Source: Nemertoderma westbladi
Taxonomy: Eukaryota; Animalia; Xenacoelomorpha
Direction: 5' to 3'
NCBI GenBank assembly: GCA_032718475.1
Contig: JAUCBJ010006034.1
Location: 1-39,351, forward strand
Length of the DNA: 39,351 nucleotides
A model generated the notes under the pieces. That model was not told the DNA's origin and did not search any database. It saw only the letters and a program-made list of their open reading frames with translations. The position numbers and the translations under genes were made by a program. Below, piece after piece: positions 38,903 to 39,351 of the stretch (position 1 is its first letter; every line of letters begins with the position of its first letter).

Positions 38903-39298
38903 CATTGGGATCAATGTACAGGGCTTACATTGGAATCATTGTACAGAACTTACATTGGAATCACTGTATATGGCTACATTGGAATCCATGTACATGGCTT
39001 ACATTGGAATTACTGTACATGGCTTACATTGGAATCACTGTATATGGCTTACATTGGAATCACTGTACAGGGCTTACATTGGAATCACTGTACATGGCTT
39101 ACATTGGAATCACTGTATATGGCTTACATTAGAATCACTGTATATGGCGTATGTTGGAATCACTGTACGTACAGGGCTTACATTGGAATCACCGTACACG
39201 GCTTACATTAGAATCATTATATACGGCTTACATTAGAATCACTCTATATGGCGTATGTTGGAATCACTGTACATGACTTAAATAGGAATAACAGTACA

Positions 39299-39351
39299 AG
39301 TACTCTGCGTTGATACCACTGCTTTAAGCAGTGGTATCAACGCAGAGTACT
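39299..39351. other. Sequencing-library adapter dimer (SMART / PacBio ultra-low-input amplification adapter), artefact
   Basis: AGTACTCTGCGTTGATACCACTGCTT (39299-39324) + T + AAGCAGTGGTATCAACGCAGAGTACT (39326-39351): two exact inverted copies of the known adapter at the sequence end. Confidence 0.97.

Larger units (their letters stand above)
13638..39298 (+). repeat. Satellite DNA array (~25.7 kb including insertions) of 25/26-bp monomers
   Basis: Head-to-tail monomers such as ACTTACATTGGAATCAATGTACTGGG (26 bp), ACTTACATTAGAATCACTGTACAGG (25 bp) and GCTTACATTGGAATCACTGTATATG (25 bp), all in one orientation. Sharp left edge, increasingly degenerate after ~35000, interrupted by three retroelement fragments. 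Confidence 0.99.

Noticed and set aside
13638-39298. CRISPR array (palindromic ~26-bp repeat)
   Set aside because: There are no unique spacers, only a few recurring 7-8 nt linkers; no cas genes; the context is animal DNA.
34950-39351. Telomere with telomere-specific retrotransposons, or a hairpin chromosome end
   Set aside because: The terminal hairpin is a library adapter, the repeat lacks a telomeric G-rich motif, and it becomes more degenerate toward the end rather than more uniform.

Overview
Animal (probably lophotrochozoan) genomic DNA, not prokaryotic. The first ~13.6 kb is AT-rich intergenic sequence holding one clear gene, an uninterrupted 560-aa Shaker/Kv1 potassium channel (7332-9014, minus strand). 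It also holds two related Harbinger-like MITEs in opposite orientations, a 104-unit (GATAC)n microsatellite, a G-rich minisatellite and several 20-28 nt G/C homopolymers. The remaining ~25.7 kb (13638-39298) is a single-orientation satellite of 25/26-bp monomers with a palindromic core and nested higher-order duplications; the many plus-strand ORFs there are repeat artefacts. Three 5'-truncated copies of one RTE-like non-LTR retrotransposon sit inside the satellite and none outside it in this window. One is flanked by a 102-bp target-site duplication, and two have their (TAG)n tails joined at the same position of the monomer. This satellite-retroelement association is the best candidate for something undescribed, but it rests on three copies. 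The last 53 bp are an inverted dimer of the SMART/PacBio ultra-low-input adapter, a library artefact, so array length and structure need read-level checking.
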